Shown: positions 61,859-64,000 of the stretch, in pieces
Layout: each line of letters begins with the position of its first letter
Numbering within the stretch: the first letter of the stretch is position 1
Origin: Bacteroidia bacterium
GTDB taxonomy: Bacteria > Bacteroidota > Bacteroidia > UKL13-3
DNA length: 64,000 bases
Direction: 5' to 3'
NCBI GenBank assembly: GCA_044353855.1
Contig: JBILBF010000001.1
Location: forward strand, 422,071-486,070
Translations under genes and position numbers: made by a program
The notes under the pieces: model-generated
Told to the model about the DNA's origin: nothing
Databases searched by the model: none
Seen by the model: only the letters and a program-made list of their open reading frames with translations

Positions 61859-62479
61859 ATGCAGGCAAAACAGCTTTACATCATTCGCCACGGAGAAACA
61901 GAATACAACAGGCTCAATATAGTTCAGGGAAGTGGAGTAGATTTGGAGCTCAACAAAACGGGGCTGCAACAGTCAGCACAATTCTATAACGCTTATCAAA
62001 ACCAGTCGTTTGATGTAGTCTATACTTCTTCGCTAAAACGGTCACAACAAAGTGTTGCGGGTTTTTTAGCACAAGGCATAAAACATTACATTATGCCCGA
62101 ATTAAATGAGATTTCATGGGGGGATTTTGAAGGGAAACAGCAAACAGCTGAACAACAAGCTTCATATTGGCAAATGATTCAGCAATGGAGTGAGGGGAAC
62201 TTGGATGCTAAAATTATAAATGGTGAAAGTCCAATAGAAATGCAACTCCGACAAAAAAGAGCATTGGATTTTATACTGGCACAAACACATGAACACAAGG
62301 TGCTTATTTGTATGCATGGTCGTGCTATGAAGAGTTTATTGTGTTTGTTGATGAACGAGCCTCTTACAAGCATGGAAACATTTACGCATAGCAACTTATG
62401 CCTATACCAACTTTCCTATCATAATGGGCTGTTTAAATTGATCGAGGCTCATAATACAAAACACCTTAGCCAAGATTAA
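61859..62479 (+). CDS. Histidine phosphatase (phosphoglycerate mutase family)
   Basis: RHGET, LNEISWG, GES, HG. Confidence 0.9.
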   Translation: MQAKQLYIIRHGETEYNRLNIVQGSGVDLELNKTGLQQSAQFYNAYQNQSFDVVYTSSLKRSQQSVAGFLAQGIKHYIMPELNEISWGDFEGKQQTAEQQASYWQMIQQWSEGNLDAKIINGESPIEMQLRQKRALDFILAQTHEHKVLICMHGRAMKSLLCLLMNEPLTSMETFTHSNLCLYQLSYHNGLFKLIEAHNTKHLSQD

Positions 62480-62544
62480 AACACCCATTGGCAGATTTTT
62501 TTTTGGTTAATTTGTTTAACTTTGGTCTTTTAAAAACCTAAGAT

Positions 62545-64000
62545 ATGAAAACAATTAAACTCTTTCTACTACTCTTATCATTATTCAGTTTATCACTCTC
62601 ATCAGAAGCTCGTAAAATCAGATTTCGTGTTGATATGACAGGAGTGCCGGTGAGTACAAATGGGATATCAATTGCCGGAAACTTTAGAAATGTAAACTAC
62701 GACTCGTTGGATGAAAATCCTAGTTTGATCAATTGGCAACCAGGAACCTATTTTTTGACCAACGGTGGTTCTGGAAATATCTATTCGGTGATACTCGATT
62801 TAGCCCCAAACTTAGCTTATGAATATAAGTTTGTCAATGATAATAATTGGGCAGGAGTAGAAGGTGTTCCTTCGGTTTGCTGGGTTAGTGGCTACAATAA
62901 TAATCGTTGGACGTATGCCCCTTCAGGGAGTGATACGCTTAATTTGCCGGCTATACAATTTGGCCAAGCAGCTCCCATAGGTAAGGTTTATGTAGGTTTA
63001 TCGGTAGACGCTAAAGGAATCACTGTTCATCCTTCGGGAATGATGGTGTCCGGAACCTTCAATTTATGGGCACAATCGCCAATACACAATTATGTTGGTG
63101 ACGGTTTATTTTCGGGGTCGATATATCGAACGCAATTATTGCTAGACTCAGGAATGGAAGAGAAATATAAATTCTTGAATGGACCAAGTGGTTATGAACA
63201 AGTTTCCCTTAACTGCACAAGCGGTTTTTTTGGTGATCGCGTGTTAAATGTTGATGCCAATAAAAATATTCCAACGGTATGTTTCGAGAAGTGCGTTTCG
63301 TGCACTTATCCTATTGTTGATGTAACTACAGTTCAGTTTACCAGCAATTCAAAACTAACGTCTAATCCAATTATCGACTCCCCTGATTATGTGAGTCCAA
63401 CGTTTGTAAATACGCAATTTAGAGATACTGTCATCGTTGAAGGGATCGTTGCCTTTAACCCACGTCACTATGCATTATCCGCATCCTCAAGAAAAGCATC
63501 AATCATTCAAAAGCTTGGTGGTGGACCATGGAGTGGAGTCATACTGAATGCAGACCCAACCGGATATGGAGTTAACCTAAGTGCATTTTTAACAGAAACA
63601 CAGTTATATGCCAAAACCGCCAACCGCGGTCGACATATTAGGGCTGTTGGTCTTGTAAGAGCTTTCACCAATGAATCCCAAATAAACCTCATTCGCAATG
63701 GGATTGATTCTGCCATAACCTATTATGATAACCAAGTGGAGGCTGCTTTAACCTATAGCAAAATTCCGATTTCTCAACTTAATATTGGTTCGGTGAATGC
63801 AACATCTATGCAAAAAGCAAGTGGAGAACAATGGGAAGGGGTATTAGTACAATTGGATAGCGTAACAGTTGACTCGGTATGGGCAAGTGGTGCTTCACGT
63901 TTTGGTTGGAGGGTGAGGGATGTAAATAATAATATAATTGAAATATCAGACTATTCCGGTTTTTATAGAAATGATAACAATGAAGATTCTGCCATCGCCA
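62545..64000 (+). CDS. Large secreted multidomain protein, 3'-truncated by the window and absent from the ORF track
   Basis: Frame open from ATG 62545 to the end (about 485 codons): signal peptide, two related Ig/CBM20-like repeats (F.VD...G..G.F...W...YKF.N), then an OB-fold-like region (GPWSGV, GEQWEGVLVQLDSVTV). Confidence 0.85.
   Translation, partial: MKTIKLFLLLLSLFSLSLSSEARKIRFRVDMTGVPVSTNGISIAGNFRNVNYDSLDENPSLINWQPGTYFLTNGGSGNIYSVILDLAPNLAYEYKFVNDNNWAGVEGVPSVCWVSGYNNNRWTYAPSGSDTLNLPAIQFGQAAPIGKVYVGLSVDAKGITVHPSGMMVSGTFNLWAQSPIHNYVGDGLFSGSIYRTQLLLDSGMEEKYKFLNGPSGYEQVSLNCTSGFFGDRVLNVDANKNIPTVCFEKCVSCTYPIVDVTTVQFTSNSKLTSNPIIDSPDYVSPTFVNTQFRDTVIVEGIVAFNPRHYALSASSRKASIIQKLGGGPWSGVILNADPTGYGVNLSAFLTETQLYAKTANRGRHIRAVGLVRAFTNESQINLIRNGIDSAITYYDNQVEAALTYSKIPISQLNIGSVNATSMQKASGEQWEGVLVQLDSVTVDSVWASGASRFGWRVRDVNNNIIEISDYSGFYRNDNNEDSAIA

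Noticed and set aside
1-64000. CRISPR arrays, tRNA/rRNA genes, IS elements, integrases, prophage genes, and the many short overlapping ORFs in the track
   Set aside because: No regularly spaced repeats, RNA gene signatures or recombinase/transposase motifs seen by eye; the short ORFs lie antisense or out of frame within well-supported genes.

Overview
AT-rich chromosomal window from a Bacteroidota bacterium (TAnnTTTG-type -7 promoter motifs, SpII lipoproteins, TonB-dependent receptors, a T9SS-type C-terminal domain, an IPExxxVDY protein). Most of it is housekeeping: nrnA-type DHH, three PPIases, acpP-fabF-rnc, pyk, rpiB, tatC, hutU, rsmI, gcvH, meaB, gpsA, polA, mscS, tatD, a split-type metH, menA/C/F/I, envC, dut. 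I saw no rRNA, tRNA, CRISPR array, integrase or transposase. Points of interest: (1) a His/Cys-rich leader ORF ending CxxC...KGPP just upstream of a His-containing TonB receptor and a lipoprotein, a candidate metal-sensing ribosome-arrest system; (2) a TetR-ABC-HlyD-TolC operon whose only ABC subunit has lost most catalytic ATPase motifs, joined head-to-head to an SbtA-type bicarbonate transporter through a perfect 16-bp palindrome carrying both promoters; (3) an accessory patch (21.3-25.5 kb) with a type IV toxin-antitoxin pair and a 3 kb module bounded by a diverged duplicate of the last 13 codons of an FMN-reductase gene; (4) a TPP riboswitch on a TonB receptor; (5) two single-lesion broken genes; (6) short repeats inserted in frame in polA and metH; (7) a large secreted protein missing from the ORF track because it runs off the window end. 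All family assignments are from motif recognition by eye; no searches were run.
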